Of a stretch of 64,000 bases of DNA, positions 12,484 to 24,736 are shown piece after piece. The number at the start of each line of letters is the position of its first letter. The stretch's first letter is position 1. The stretch is taken from contig CAVTET010000006.1 of assembly GCA_963733675.1 (NCBI GenBank), forward strand, positions 160,001 through 224,000, given 5' to 3'. The position numbers and the translations under genes were made by a program. A model generated the notes under the pieces. That model worked only from the letters and a program-made list of their open reading frames with translations, was not told where the DNA came from and searched no databases. This DNA comes from an uncultured Methanosarcinaceae archaeon (GTDB lineage: Archaea > Halobacteriota > Methanosarcinia > Methanosarcinales > Methanosarcinaceae).

Positions 12484-12925
12484 ATGGCAGAAGAACTTAA
12501 AGATAAGATCTACGAATAGCTTGCAAGTCATTATTATCTGAACCTTGCAACTGTGAGCCTGCAGGGTAGTCCAGTGGTCCATACAATGGCATACGTATCC
12601 AAAGATGCAAATCGTCTACATGGCAACCAATAAAGATGCCAGAAAAGTCCAGAATATTATGCTGAATCCACGTGTTGCGTATATAGTTGATGAGGACGAC
12701 CCAGATTGGTTTGGTATGCAAGTACTTCAGGTGGAAGGCAGAGCATCTATAAGTACTGATGAAAAGGAACTTCGTGAGGTTGGGAAACTGATGGCTGCCA
12801 AATTTCCAATTACTGCAGACATGCCTCCTGACCAGGATACTGTTATGATAAAAATTGATCCTGAAGTAATCTATTATCTGGATTACAGTATAGAGTTTGG
12901 CCACAGGGAAAAAGTAGATATCTGA
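12484..12925 (+). pseudogene. pyridoxamine 5'-phosphate oxidase-like (split barrel) protein, disrupted
   Basis: MAEELKDKIYE*LASHYYLNLATV... then a frameshift into ORF 12605..12925 (YMATNKDARKVQNIMLNPRVAY). Confidence 0.75.
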
Positions 12926-13119
12926 GACAAAAACAGAGTCTTTTTGCGATAACTGAGGAATTAAAAAGGAAAGGTAGATGAATATTATATAAATCTGGAT
13001 GTTCTTATTCAAGGATTGTTCTCTTAAGGTAAGAGTATTCTAATAAACTCCAAAGTTTGGTTTTTTGTTTGGAAAACATATATCTAAATTTTGCAAATTT
13101 TAGCGTTTATCTAAATATT

Positions 13120-13358
13120 CAATAGTAGGGTGGAAAATTAGTAAAAAACATATCATGAAATCAAAGATGAGAATATTCTAATGAGGCAATTAAATAGAAA
13201 AGACAATTCTATCTATTGCCAAAAAGAATTTTGGAGAAGTACTTCGGGCAAGAAATTTCCGTAATCAAGTCAAAGAAGTAAAACTTAAGCTAAAAGTCAA
13301 TCACGTAAATAAAAAAAATAGAACTAATTCGCATTGAATTAAGGATTTCTAAAGAGCC
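13120..13358 (+). mobile_element. IS5-like transposase C-terminal relic with right end
   Basis: Reads KKNFGEVLRARNFRNQVKEVKLK...LRISKEP and ends GATTTCTAAAGAGCC. Confidence 0.55.
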
Positions 13359-13573
13359 TTACAATTAAAGAGCAATGAACTAGAAAAGGAGAAAGGGCTA
13401 AATACAGAAACCGAGAGAAAGCTATGGGCTGGATCCCCTCTAAAAAAATAGAGGGATATCAGAACCCTCAAGATCTTCCAACTGATTTTTGTCAAATTAC
13501 ATAGTTATCTTAAGTCGACTTTATTTCTAAGACTTTTAAAAGCAATGACCATAAGTCTCAAGCACCTTTTTTG

Positions 13574-14929
13574 TTATCTTCTGTCCACAAGCCTTTTAGG
13601 CCTACCCTTAATTTTGTTTAAATCGAGCCCTTTTGAACCTTGGAAATTAAATAAAATCTTGAAAGTACCTGCTTCGTAAGCTCTGGAAAGTGGAGACTGG
13701 GACCTGAAGAAAGTACGAATAAAGTTTTCTTTTATAAGGTCTCTGTCACAAGTATCAGGGTTTTCACATTCCATGCTGACTCTCAGTATAGTTTCTCCAT
13801 CTTCTTCCCCATAAAGAAAGGCTTCGTATTCTCCGGTTAGATAATTCATGTTTTCGCGTTGGAATATCCCCCTTTCCACATCTACGCGGTTAAAGGGAGT
13901 ACTCTCAACCCAAACAGTTTCTGCCTCACGTTGTGGGGTCATGATTTTCATATGAGTCCTCCCACATGGACATTTTTTGCGAGTAAGCACTAAAGTGGTA
14001 TCCTCAGTATCATAATTTAGCAGTAGGTTTCCTGTTCTTGCCCCAGCAGGCAAAAGTGTGCTGAGGACTATTCTTCCACATTCTCCATCAGGTACAAAAT
14101 TTTCTATATTGGGATCGTAAATGTCAATGTGGACAAAATCTTCTGGCACATGCAGGCCAGAAATCTCATTACACTCTCCACACATTGTTCCTTCCGTGCT
14201 CCCATAAATATTATACACAGGGCAATCCCATATTTCAGAAAGATAGTTTCTTGATTCATCAGCAAAAGCTTCTCCTCCTACAACCAATTTATCTATGCCT
14301 GAATCTCGAGGATCACTGCCTTCTGCCCGCATCCTTCTGGCAAGATTAAGAAGTTTGAATACGCTACCCACTATGCCTGTTGGCCTATAAATTTCAATGA
14401 TACGAAGGGGAAAAGTGCATTTGCCCTCAGGGATAATAGTCATTCCAAGCTGCTTAGCTGCAAAGGTCATTGTATTAGCTCCCACATTCATTCCATAAGA
14501 AGCACAGACAACAACCCTGTCTCCATGCCCGAAGCCCTGCGACATGAAGATACGAGAGTATTTTTCGGCATAGTTTACCCAGTCTTCCCAAGTAAGGAAA
14601 AAGCTCTTCGGAGGTCCGCTAGTGCCACTGGTCTCATGGATCGTGAAAACGTCTTCCCATCCTACACTCCGAAACATAAATTCATTAGTCTTAGGAGGCT
14701 GGTTTTCTTGGATAGTTCTCCCTGAGATCACTGGAAGATTCAGAAGATCTTCATGAGTCTTAATTTCTGTAGGGTTTATTCCATGCTTTTCAAACCATTT
14801 TCTGTAAAAAGGAGAATTTTCTATTGCATATCTTATGGTGTACCTCACACGTTCCTCTATGAGTGCATCAAGTTCACCCCTGTCCAAGGTTTCAATTTCC
14901 GTGTTGAAATAAGATCTTGAGATATCCAT
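13574..14929 (-). CDS. ftsA: coenzyme F390 synthetase (phenylacetate-CoA ligase family)
   Basis: HETSGTSGPPK AMP-binding loop, YGSTEG, LLNYDTED, KGRPKRLVDRR. Confidence 0.75.
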   Translation of the reverse strand: MDISRSYFNTEIETLDRGELDALIEERVRYTIRYAIENSPFYRKWFEKHGINPTEIKTHEDLLNLPVISGRTIQENQPPKTNEFMFRSVGWEDVFTIHETSGTSGPPKSFFLTWEDWVNYAEKYSRIFMSQGFGHGDRVVVCASYGMNVGANTMTFAAKQLGMTIIPEGKCTFPLRIIEIYRPTGIVGSVFKLLNLARRMRAEGSDPRDSGIDKLVVGGEAFADESRNYLSEIWDCPVYNIYGSTEGTMCGECNEISGLHVPEDFVHIDIYDPNIENFVPDGECGRIVLSTLLPAGARTGNLLLNYDTEDTTLVLTRKKCPCGRTHMKIMTPQREAETVWVESTPFNRVDVERGIFQRENMNYLTGEYEAFLYGEEDGETILRVSMECENPDTCDRDLIKENFIRTFFRSQSPLSRAYEAGTFKILFNFQGSKGLDLNKIKGRPKRLVDRR

Positions 14930-15243
14930 TATAGAACACCGTCGCAGAAATATTTAGCCGCATCAATAACCTTGTTGTTTATTGCTCTCATAACTTGAAA
15001 GGTTTACTTAACCGCTGCTTTATCAAGAAACGATAGCATAGTTCCAACTTCTATTAAGTTATTTCCGGTAAAAAATATATTTTCGCCTAACATTTCTAGG
15101 GGTGATATAGTTTTACTGAAAATTAATAGCTTTAAGCATGCAACTGTACTAAATGAGAATTTAAGTAACAATTTTTATTGTAATTGGTTTATATACCTCA
15201 AGTGCGTATTTTTTTCACATGCTTTTACCATCCCAGGATCAGT

Positions 15244-15383
15244 GGTTCCGTTGCAAAAAATCTGGCTTTTTCACAAAAACATCACAATTCGGGAAGGTAA
15301 TCATTTTAATTCGGGAGAAAATGACACATAAAGGTGAAAATTATAGTGTCAAATTGCAGAAATATTATTTTTGCAACGGAACC
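15244..15383. mobile_element. 140-bp IS6-derived MITE
   Basis: Perfect TIRs GGTTCCGTTGCAAAAA / TTTTTGCAACGGAACC identical to the IS6 copies; no ORF; no TSD. Confidence 0.9.
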
Positions 15384-16610
15384 CTAAAAATTTTGTTCGC
15401 TGGGTTCAAGAATGAAGCTATACTACGCTCTGCACTACGTAGGCTTTTCCGCTGGCTTAATACGAAGGGCGTGACGGCTATAGTCACCGGTGAACGGGGA
15501 GATCCCCCTCTCACTAGATACGGACTCGAAGAGTGCGTCGCAGACTGCGTTATCCTTTTCGATAACAGGATGGAGGAGCAAATAGCCACCAGACGCCTGA
15601 GGATAATTAAGTACAGGGGGTCCAAACATGGCACTAACGAGTATCCTTTCCTGATAGAGGATATCTGTTCTACTAATTACATCACTAGGGCTTGCGCATG
15701 AAGTATCTGCAGGAGGGAGGATCTCAACGGGCATAAAGCGCCTGGATACGATGCTGGGAAGCCAGGGCTACTATCGTGGCAATACAATACTAATTTCCGG
15801 AACAGCCGGTACTGGCAAGACTAGTTTTGGAGCCGAATTCGCCAAAGCTACCTGAGAGCGGGGAGAACGCTGCCTATACTTCGCTTTCGAGGAATCTCCA
15901 AGCCAGGTAATCAGAAACATGAGATCTATAGGTATAGACACTTCCAGCCCTACGTTGATACCGGTTTAATGCAAATAAGTGCCTCACGGCCCATGGCCTA
16001 TGGCTTGGAAATGCATCTGGTAGCCATGCACAGGCTGATAGATAAGTTCAAGCCAGCCGTCGTGATCATAGATCCTATATCAAACATGATCAACGTAGGC
16101 GTTGAGGCCAATGTCAAGTTCACGCTCACGAGACTCGTAGATTACTTGAAGCTCAAGAATATCACTGCAGTATGCACTAGTCTGGTAGAACACGAAAGTA
16201 TCGAGGGCGTAAATGCTCAGGGTATATCTTCTCTCATGGATACTTGGATCAATCTCCGTTTCTTTGAAAATGATGGCGAGCGCAATCGTGGAGTTACTTT
16301 GATAAAGTCAAGAGGCATGGAGTACTCCAATCAGATCAGGGAATATATGATGACTGATAATGAGCATAAAAATCCAATATGTATACCTCTTGGACCTTCA
16401 AGAGGCCTACTTATGGGATCTTCCAGATTTGCTCAGGAAGCGAAGGAGATGGCTGAGGCTGTCACTAAAAGTAAAAACGTGAGGAAGAGGGAAAGAGAAC
16501 TGGAAAATAAGCTAAAATTCCTGGATGCTCAGATAACATAATTAAGCTCCGAGTTTGAGGTGCAGAAAGAGGAGCTTGATAAGCTCACATCCGAAGATGT
16601 GCTCAGAAGT
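15384..16610 (+). pseudogene. kaiC: KaiC-like ATPase, 5'-truncated and frameshifted
   Basis: RRLRIIKYRGSKHGTNEYPF; RISTGIKRLDTMLG; SGTAGTGKT; FEES; GISSLMDTW; KSRGM. Frameshifts and an in-frame TGA; higher GC than flanks. Confidence 0.85.
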
Positions 16611-17193
16611 TACCGTTATAGTCGATTGGTTACTTCTTGAAGACATAAACAACAGATCCTGGACTGAGTTCAAATATAATCTTACATATGTTGACGAGTA
16701 GAAGAAGCGAGTATACATTGATAAAGTATAGAAACAAACACTCCCTAATTTTGAGCAACTTCGTTAAGGCAATTCTATTAGCAAGCGTTTATTGACTCAG
16801 TTGTAGACTTGGCTATAATTAATTATAAGTGCCTGGAGAAAAAAAATCATTTTAGCTAATATAGCGCTAACCCCCTATTTTGGCGGAATATGCAAAAATA
16901 CCCATATTGAAATTTAAACCTTGATACATTAAAGTGGTTTCGAAGAAAATTTATGAATTGGATAGTATGTAAATCCACAAAAATTGCCAAAATATTTTAG
17001 ATCATGCAGAAATGTATTTGTACAGGACGATACGTGGTTTAAGTGAAGGATCAAATACATGGTATTCAAAATTGTGCATGAAGATTATTAAAAGATAACA
17101 AATTAGGCATAATTATATTCCAGTTATTCATGATTTAGTCCGGGATCTGGATAAGATAGATGAATTTATGTAACAAGGATTAGAGGTGGAACA

Positions 17194-17517
17194 ATGTCTG
17201 AAGAATTAAAAGCCAAGACACTCAAGGTAGAAGATTTGATTGAATACCAGGAAGGAGCCGTTGTTAGCAAAGAAATTATCCGTAAAGGCACGGGAACTGT
17301 GACTATATTTGCCTTCGATAAAGGAGAAGGATTGAGTGAACATACAGCTCCTTTCGATGTCATGATTCAGGTAATAGACGGCAAGGCAGAAATTACTATT
17401 TCTGGCAATAAAAATATCCTTGAGAAAGGGGATCTGATTATAATGCCTGCAAACGAATCTCATGCACTCCATGCTAATGAAAAATTCAAAATGATCCTTA
17501 CCATGATTCGTTCTTAA
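17194..17517 (+). CDS. cupin domain protein
   Basis: FAFDKGEGLSEHTAPFD...IIMPANESHAL. Confidence 0.88.
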   Translation: MSEELKAKTLKVEDLIEYQEGAVVSKEIIRKGTGTVTIFAFDKGEGLSEHTAPFDVMIQVIDGKAEITISGNKNILEKGDLIIMPANESHALHANEKFKMILTMIRS

Positions 17518-18091
17518 TATTGTTAAGCTCTACTTTAGGTCTTCCTCTATTAAAGGAAAATCTACACAATTCTGAATTAACATTTTTGATAGAAGCTGAT
17601 AGTGAGCGATAAAACTGAAATCGGAGCTTTAATCCCTCTTATTTAATCTTTTGATGAATGTTCTAACTATGTGTGCCAGAACAGTATTGATATAGGGTCC
17701 TTACAAATTGGTTCACTTTTTAAGGAATAATAAGCCTTATTTTCCAGATTTGATTCTATTTATAGTTCCAAAAATAAAAATACGGGTGGGGGATAATTTC
17801 TTTTGATTTAAAGGAATATTGCTCTCAATTTCCTTTCTAAAAGCATATTAATCCTTTTTGATATTGGATTTAGTATAAAGGAAAAATGTAGCAATTATCC
17901 GATTTTTTTGGTATTCTCTTACCCTTAATAAATCTATATCTTTATTAATTAAATTCGAAATATGAGATATTCGATTTTGGTTTCTTATGAGTTTCCATGA
18001 TTTGAAATAAAAACTAAACATCGAAGATTGAATACAAGAAAGGAAGAAAAATAAAGATCTACAAATTACTACTGATTACAGGAAAAAGAGT

Positions 18092-18179
18092 TAGTGCGAG
18101 GGGTATGATTAGAAAGCACGAGTTCCTACTAAAATAGGCCCTCAATCTATCGTTTTTGACCTTGCTGTGCAACTCTAGT
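18092..18179 (-). pseudogene. decayed tRNA-Leu (GAG)
   Basis: Minus strand ACTAGAGTTGCACAGCAAGGTCAAAAACGATAGATTGAGGGCCTATTTTAGTAGGAACTCGTGCTTTCTAATCATACCCCTCGCACTA, 88 nt, colinear with tRNA-Leu; anticodon loop TTGAGGG. Confidence 0.75.
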
Positions 18180-18809
18180 ATATTTACGGACAGATTTAAG
18201 AAATCGCCGGAGGGTCAACTATAACACAAGCACAGGCTTTAAGATAAGCTCAACATTCAATTTGGTTTATTGAGCGCATGGTTTTACTTTAGGGCAGTTG
18301 AAAAATTGGCTGTAATAAGCTTAAAAAGATAGTATCCCTTCAAAGTCAGGCCCTATGTCCTGCGAAACTCTTTACTCACTTTTCAACATCCTATTTTTCC
18401 TGTGCAGCATATCCGTTGTGTACCTAAACATCAATTCTTTACTGGAGTTTATTTCTTCGTATTCGCCATTCTTACCAATGTCACAACCAATATCACAGGT
18501 CTCTTTTAGGCAGCTTGTTACTAAAATATAAGAACGAGCCTAATTCAAAGCATATAATTACAATTGGATATGTGTATTATTACATATCCACCACAGTTAA
18601 TATTATATCTTTATGTTTATAAGCTGGCAAAAGTTTGCTGCGTAATACTGCTTCAAGGGTGTAAGGCAACCAAAGAGCCACATTGTCAACTATTCACTGT
18701 TATTACATTACCCTATCGAAATGGTACTCATTTATAACTGAAAAAATATTAACTATTGACGTTGCACTTTTTTTGTTGTGAAAGAAAAAGGATACAAAAT
18801 TAATAAGAT

Positions 18810-19040
18810 TTTACATAACTTTCGATACACTGTCGATTTCCCTGAAGGCATCTAGGACTTCTGAGCCCATTATATCCTTTCGGTCTTTGAACTTTTCAGC
18901 CTGAAGGTCAAGAATGGAAGAGATAACCTGAAGATTATTCTTGATCCTATGGTGAATTTACCTTTTACGGACATATTCAATATTTGTCAGAGTTTCTTTG
19001 CCTTTTTCCTCTTCTTAATATTCTAAAACTGTTGCTTCCA
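18810..19040 (-). pseudogene. HisKA_2-type histidine kinase fragment
   Basis: Minus strand NIEYVRKR*IHHRIKNNLQVISSILDLQAEKF (H-box). Confidence 0.75.
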
Positions 19041-19213
19041 TTCGAATAGGAATTTTTATTTCATAAAAATAAATTCACTTTGGCCATTGACTACACGTCC
19101 TTTTCCAGTGGCTAAAATAATACTATGATCAATGTTATAGAGCTTTCTTTTTAAAGTTCTCTTAGCGGCATAAACCCAGTAGTGAGGTAAAAAATAAAAT
19201 GAGGTAAAAATAA

Positions 19214-19357
19214 ATGAAGTTTAAAAAGACAGTGACCATTTTGTTAGTAGCCTTCGTTGCAGCTTCATTGGCGGTTACAGCAGTAAGCACAAACTACAAC
19301 GACGGTAAAAGTATCGATGGTAAAAGTAGCGCCAGTAACAGTGGCCAGAGCTGTTAG
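19214..19357 (+). CDS. small secreted peptide (signal peptide plus short polar tail), possibly a relic
   Basis: GAGGT RBS; MKFKKTVTILLVAFVAASLAVTAVST-NYNDGKSIDGKSSASNSGQSC*. Leader resembles that of 54425..54832. Confidence 0.5.
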   Translation: MKFKKTVTILLVAFVAASLAVTAVSTNYNDGKSIDGKSSASNSGQSC

Positions 19358-19577
19358 AGCCAATCCTGGCGGCAGCTTCTACGTTTTACCATATTATTTC
19401 ACATTCGTTTTCCAATTTCTGATACACCAACCAAATATCACATAATCCGTAATTGATTTATACTTACTTGGCATCAAATTATACTAAATATATTTCTGTA
19501 TCGTTAAGAAATATGCATTGAATAATCTATGAAGTTATGACAGGGATTTTAAAAATAAAGTAAATAGGTGTAAAAAA

Positions 19578-21524
19578 ATGAACACGGTTAACAAGGAGAA
19601 CAAAAACACTCCTGAAAATCTTACAAAATTTGAAAATCTAGAAATGGAGGACATAAAGGCTATAAGGGGAAAACTTTCCAAAATGCACAATGATATCAAA
19701 AAAGTGATGGAATATTCCAAAAGGCTGTGTTTCGAAACTGCTCTCGAAAGTCCAAGGCAGAAATATTCACACTCTATTCCAAATAACCTTTTTGAAGATA
19801 TAGAGACAGGACTTAAACAAAACATGGTGAGAAAATGTCCTGAAAAGGAAAATTGCACTTCTAAGTTTACAGTCATTCCACAACACAATAGAGAGCTTAT
19901 AAAAAATATTAACGTAGATGAAGCCCTTATTTCAGACAACTTAAATAAGCTGGATGAACTGAGATGTGGAGTCCCTTATAGGGAATGTGAGCAGTGCTTT
20001 TCCGAAGTTTCGGATCTCTTCATAAAACAAATAAACCTCATGCATTCTATGAAGATTTATAAAAATAATCCTGGACAGAAGTCAGATATTTCAGCCCCCA
20101 AAACTAGCGTTGGTATGAGCAAAATCCTTGAGCTGGTCTCAAATAAACAGCGCCTGAAAATTCTAAAAGCAGTCGCCTTAGAACCGAAAAGTTTCTCTGC
20201 TTTTTCCAAACTTACTGGTCTTATAGCAGGAAATTTACTTTTTCATCTCCAGAAACTCATGGACTGCGATCTGATTCTGCAGCAACATGACAGAGGAAAT
20301 TATCTGATTACTGAAAAAGGATCCCAAATCCTGCAGAGTTTGAACGAGATGTATTCTTCACTCCAATATTTCCCACAGCAGAGATCTAATTTTAATTTAC
20401 TTGAGAAATCGAAAAAAGAAGAATTAACCGAAGAATCGAGGATAGTAAAACTGACCGAAGCCCTAACAGAAATGGCTCTGACCCGTGGGGCCTCCAAAGT
20501 AGGCATTGCAACGATCAAAACACTTTTAGGCGGTCCTCCTTCTGCCGACCTGACTTATGTGCTACCCGATGCAAAATCAGCTGTCTGTTTTGCCTTAGCT
20601 CTTGACCATAACCTTATATATCCTTTTTTCAGAAAAGTTGATAATGAATTCCTTGAAACTAATAAGGTACGGACCCAAGCTCTTGCCGATGGAATAGCAC
20701 TCGAAATAGCAGCTTTCTTGCAACAGGCTGGATACAAAGCTGTCCCTCAACCTACGAATTTCGTTTATTGTAGGGAAGCAGAAGATCAGCTGCTTTATAT
20801 GCATCCTCCTATCTCGCATAGGTATCTGGCAGTACGCTCTGGGATAGGGCATTTCGGATATTCAGGGAATATCATTACAAAGGAATATGGATCCGCGATT
20901 GTCTTGGTCTCAGTAGTTACGGATGCGGAACTTATCCCAACGGACTATTTGCCAGAAGAAGAAAACTATTGTGACGAATGCAAGCTTTGCCTTTCAGTAT
21001 GTTTATCTGGATACGTGAACCCTGTTGAAAAGGTCACTGTAACTCTTGGTGGGAAGGAGTTTAGTTATGGGAAGCGAAGAAACAATAGTCGCTGTTTACT
21101 TGTATATAGGACTTACAGGTCTGGATGTCTCAGGAAAATGGTCCACCTGGTCTCCTGGGCGCTTTAAAATCCCCGAAAATGATGAAGATTTCGTTGCTAC
21201 AATACCTGCTGTCACACAAACATATCTAGGAAGGCCGGAGTTCAAAGGTGGATTTTTTATACCTATAATGGCCGGATCCATGATGGAATATCCCTGTTTT
21301 AACTGTCAAATAGTCTGTCACCTTGAAAAAGAAGTTTGAACTGCAAGATACAAGATGCTTATAGAAAGTGGAGTGGTTATACAGGAACCTGATGGAATCC
21401 GCAGGGTCGTATCTCCGGGAGAAGCAAAAGAGTATCTCAATTCCATGCCTCTGGAAAGAAGAAAACTGTATGAATCTATTCCAGAGGGAAAAAGCGATCT
21501 AAAAACAGGGAGTTATTTCACGTA
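19578..21524 (+). pseudogene. ArsR-like winged-helix regulator fused to a QueG/reductive-dehalogenase-like 4Fe-4S domain; 3' frameshift and stop
   Basis: Cys-rich N-term, HTH (RLKILKAV...GNLLFHLQKL), then ISHRYLAVRSGIGHFGYSG, CDECKLCLSVC, CFNCQIVC. Frameshift ~21105, TGA at 21337, reading continues to ~21524. Confidence 0.75.
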
Positions 21525-22396
21525 GAACAAAATTTGGATTATCCTTTAAAGATAATCAAAATTTTAAGGTTAAATCCTTTAGGATTTATGCGGTTGAACT
21601 GAAAAATGGCATTTAGCCCTTAATTATCTAAATTGAAAATATAGATCACAGTTTTTATTGTACTTGATTTTGTACCTCAAGTGTGTAAGTCCCAACCTTA
21701 TGAATAATAGTGGGCAAATATGCTAACAAATTTTACATGTGTATACATCTGCAGAATATCTGTTATGTCGGTCATAAGGTCAATAAGTTCTATAACATCA
21801 CGAACGTATGTTTCAATGTATTCCTTCAAAAAACCTACTGAAGGCTGAGATGAAGGCATTTATTGACGAGTAGGGAAAGGCTTACGTCTTTTATAATTCA
21901 TATCTCAGGATCGTTTAATGTTAATACTAATTAGTTTAAGTCAGGGATATATATGCAAAAGGATATAATAAATTAAATCTAATTATAAATTATATATTTT
22001 ACCTATATCTTCAAGTAGATATTCGATAGACAGATTGGTATTTCCCCCAGCTGTAACTTACAAGATCAAGTTTTCTACATATAAGATCGGCCTTTACCCA
22101 AGATTTCCTCAATTTATTGGTAATCTCCATGTGAATTTTAATTTAATTTCTATATCTTTGAGGAGTCCTAAAGGTTTTGTTTAAAAGCGGGTAGCTCTGA
22201 GGGTAAAAATCGTTATTCATGTTTTTGTCCATTTTTATGAGTAAGACTTATATTATTTGATCGTATAATAAGAGCATTAAAAATAAAGAGGCGTATAATC
22301 TGTTATTAAAAACTAATTTTTGTTTTTAACCAAATAGTTATATAAGTCTTGTTTTTAAACTATTGACTATCCGCTGTGAGCGGAGGTGAAAAGAAT

Positions 22397-22600
22397 ATGG
22401 CCTTTAATGACAGAGGGAATTCCTCTAGGGGTAGAGACCGAAATCGCGGAGGTTTCGGCGGTCCAAAGGAAATGCACAATGCAACTTGTTCTGATTGTGG
22501 TGTTGAAACACAGGTACCTTTCAAACCTGATCCTGAAAGACCGATCTATTGCAGAGAGTGTCTCCCCAATCACAGGAAACCCAGAGAGGAAAGGTACTAA
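22397..22600 (+). CDS. CxxC-x17-CxxC zinc-ribbon protein
   Basis: GGAGGTGA RBS; MHNATCSDCG...VPFKPDPERPIYCREC. Confidence 0.9.
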   Translation: MAFNDRGNSSRGRDRNRGGFGGPKEMHNATCSDCGVETQVPFKPDPERPIYCRECLPNHRKPREERY

Positions 22601-23184
22601 GCTCATAGAGAACCACACTTAATAATTCAGTCTGAAAATCCCACTTGCAGATTATGCCCGTTTTGCTTAGCTTGAGAAGGTTAAACGGACTACTTCCTTT
22701 TTATTGAATTATTCACTTCTACGTTTTACTATTGTATGTTATTTAATTATAGAGAGTTCCGATTTATCTTATTTTTTTGGATTATTAACTGTAAGTTGTT
22801 TTTGGTAGGAAGTTTGTTTCAATTTTTGCTTCCAAAAAAGTCTGAAAACGAATTCGTGAATTTACATAAAGGGGTTAAATACTACCTTGATTACATGCCA
22901 ATTTTTTGAGGCAATTCCTTTGTCTGAATATATCTGGGAATCTAATTTGTCGAGAGTGGTAACTAACTCTTGTAATTTAGACATTAAAAGATGTTTATTC
23001 ATTGCTTTCCTTCTCATTATATGCGCTAGAAAAAGCAGCAGAGTTTCTATAGATATGAAAACAAAATTTAAAAATCTTAAAAACTGGTTTATACCTCAAA
23101 AATGTAATGTTGTTTTATGTGAATCAACGAATGATTTTCGGGTTCTTATTTGAGATTTATTGATAAAGTATCTAATTGTTCTAG

Positions 23185-23940
23185 TTTGAAATACCTTAGG
23201 TCTGAAGGCGCTTATGCATAAAGACTGATAATTAGATCCAGAATTCATGGCAGAATCTTCACTTAATAAAATGATTTAGCCATTAAGAGTTATCACACAG
23301 CGCTGATTCAGGCTTCAGGCATTCTTGAATCTTATAAAATATCTTTGCAACTAACCTGAATTATGGGGAAAAAAACTTTTTAATTAGGTGTATGGAAAGT
23401 ATAAAAATGAGATTTAAATTCTAACTTCTTTTCCTGGTATTGGTAAATTAGTGAAGCAACTCTAATTGCTAAAATAACCAAGTTCTAGATTTTTTCTTTA
23501 GGAGATCAGCTTGATTCATAGCTTGGAATAGTTACGAATGTATACCAATTTGCGGATGAATCTTACACGACAGAATAACAAAAATAAGATCAAAGATAAT
23601 AATGTGGATTCTAACGCTAATTACTCTGGCAGCAGCAAGGAAAAAATATAGCAAAATAAAAGGTTCTTTTAACCCAAATAAGAAATCAATTTGACATCCA
23701 AATGCAATTATTGCACTAGCGCGGAAAATTGCCACAATTACCTTGCATATGTTCGCAAATAATTAGATATATGAAGATGAACAAGGGCAACAAGTAGGAA
23801 AAATTCAAAAGAGACAGATTTTTGAGATTGAGACATTCTCTGTTGATGCACAAATAAAACTTATTATTAGAATAAACGTAATTATGAAAAAAAGATCCAA
23901 AAGCAAGTGAGAAACTATTTTAGTCAAGTACTTTCATGTC
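23185..23940 (+). mobile_element. IS110-family relic (internally deleted)
   Basis: Broken frames read FPGIG...TLIA...GDQLDS*LGIVTNVYQ...AAARKK...AIIALARKIATI (IS110 C-terminal domain). Non-coding block at ~23185-23340. Confidence 0.65.
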
Positions 23941-24736
23941 AAATTTGATCATAAAAATCTCAATCATTTAATGATGGTCGACAAATTTATCTAAAAATTT
24001 TAACAAATTTTTTTTCGGATATCTTGATAAATTTGAGATAACTCCCTTCAGGTTCGATCCAAGTTTCTCTTCCAGTGATTATATTCTGGTTCTATTTTTT
24101 TAGTTTATTTGTTAAGACCTTTGTAGTCCCTTAGAAATTGCTTCATTCCATGAGAAGTTCTTTTTCAGTTATTCACTTTTGCTCACAGTTTTCACAAGTT
24201 AAGGATCAACATCAATGTCAGATATGGGACTTGAATACAGGTTGTCTCCGCCGGCAGTGTTATTAAAAGCAGTTGTTTTCCAAAATAAATGAATAGGTGC
24301 TTTTCAAATTATTGAGCATAGTATCCCCGTTCTCGGCTACAAGACTAGCCTGTGCATTAATTATTAAGTTGGTTCTTTAAATAGTTGTATACCTAAACCT
24401 GGAGCTGAAAATTTGTCAGTGTCCTCTTTGTTGGCAAGAGCTACACAATAACATCAGTCTAAAATATTCTATTTTATTAAGGCATTTTGAAAAACATTGA
24501 GTACTATACTTCCTGTCCAATCAGCATTAGGGTAGGTACCAATTTTCTAAAAGTCATTATGATTTGTGCATAAATCTTTTGCATGATCTTTGGAACAAGG
24601 GTATGAAAAAATAATCTAGATATAATATATAAATGAAAAGATAATTCAAGGTCAGAATCAAAAATAGGATGCAGGTTAAATAACCTGCAAGAAAATTGAA
24701 GAATTTCATAATACAAATTCTGTTTTACGTTATTAA

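Noticed and set aside
13436-13455. CCCTCTA/TAGAGGG hairpin as ftsA terminator
   Set aside because: Short stem, ~120 bp from the stop, no clear T-tract after it, and among IS debris.
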